In this document: piece by piece, positions 63,876 through 64,000 of the stretch
Position numbering within the stretch: position 1 is the first letter of the stretch
Layout of the letters: each line of letters opens with the position of its first letter
Assembly: GCA_031368105.1 (NCBI GenBank)
Contig: JANLQY010000121.1
Coordinates: forward strand, 7,975-71,974
Direction: 5' to 3'
Length of the DNA stretch: 64,000 nt
Source: Chitinophagaceae bacterium
Lineage (GTDB): Bacteria; Bacteroidota; Bacteroidia; Chitinophagales; Chitinophagaceae
Program-made: the position numbers and the translations under genes
The notes under the pieces: generated by a model
The model's database searches: none
Told to the model about the DNA's origin: nothing
What the model saw: the letters and a program-made list of their open reading frames with translations, nothing else

Positions 63876-64000
63876 GGTTGATTATTTTGGTTGTTATGTT
63901 TTTATACATTCCAAAGCTACATCGGTCCTAAACATATCTCTTGCTTCTTATAATCTACCATGTGCCGAACCTACGGTTCTCATTTTTAGTTTTTGCTACT

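Overview
This is a chromosomal segment of an AT-rich Bacteroidota-type genome. The phylum call rests on T9SS C-terminal sorting domains, a ~290-aa primary sigma factor, a DUF1800/DUF1501 pair, an Lnb-like DUF4105 protein and a SPOR protein; finer taxonomy cannot be read by eye. About 50 genes are present, mostly housekeeping: dprA, guaB, glmS, dinB, rimM, rpsP, ffh, rpoD, rluB, two Tat-signal superoxide dismutases, a peroxiredoxin with an Rrf2 regulator, and M20 peptidases. I found no rRNA, tRNA, CRISPR array, transposase or integrase. The most unusual region is 48980-62447 on the minus strand. It holds four histidine-kinase paralogs plus one 3' remnant, all sharing a nearly invariant catalytic core behind different sensor regions. 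One of these is a 1439-aa soluble kinase built from six ~190-aa repeated modules. The array ends in a receiver-only protein and a receiver fused to a class III nucleotide cyclase. It is interrupted by a small orphan gene and by a perfect-period 21-bp x 10 tandem repeat. Other observations: (1) a family of GC-rich 'mirror arm + hairpin' palindromic elements, found in intergenic DNA, at gene ends, and apparently in-frame inside kinase coding sequence; (2) two otherwise intact genes each broken by a single in-frame TAA; (3) a zeta-toxin-like ATPase with an overlapping mini-ORF in a visibly AT-richer patch; (4) a translationally coupled chrA-SOD pair; (5) an ECF sigma operon whose anti-sigma-like protein carries a C-terminal outer-membrane beta-barrel. 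All functional calls come from reading motifs in the supplied translations; no database search was possible.
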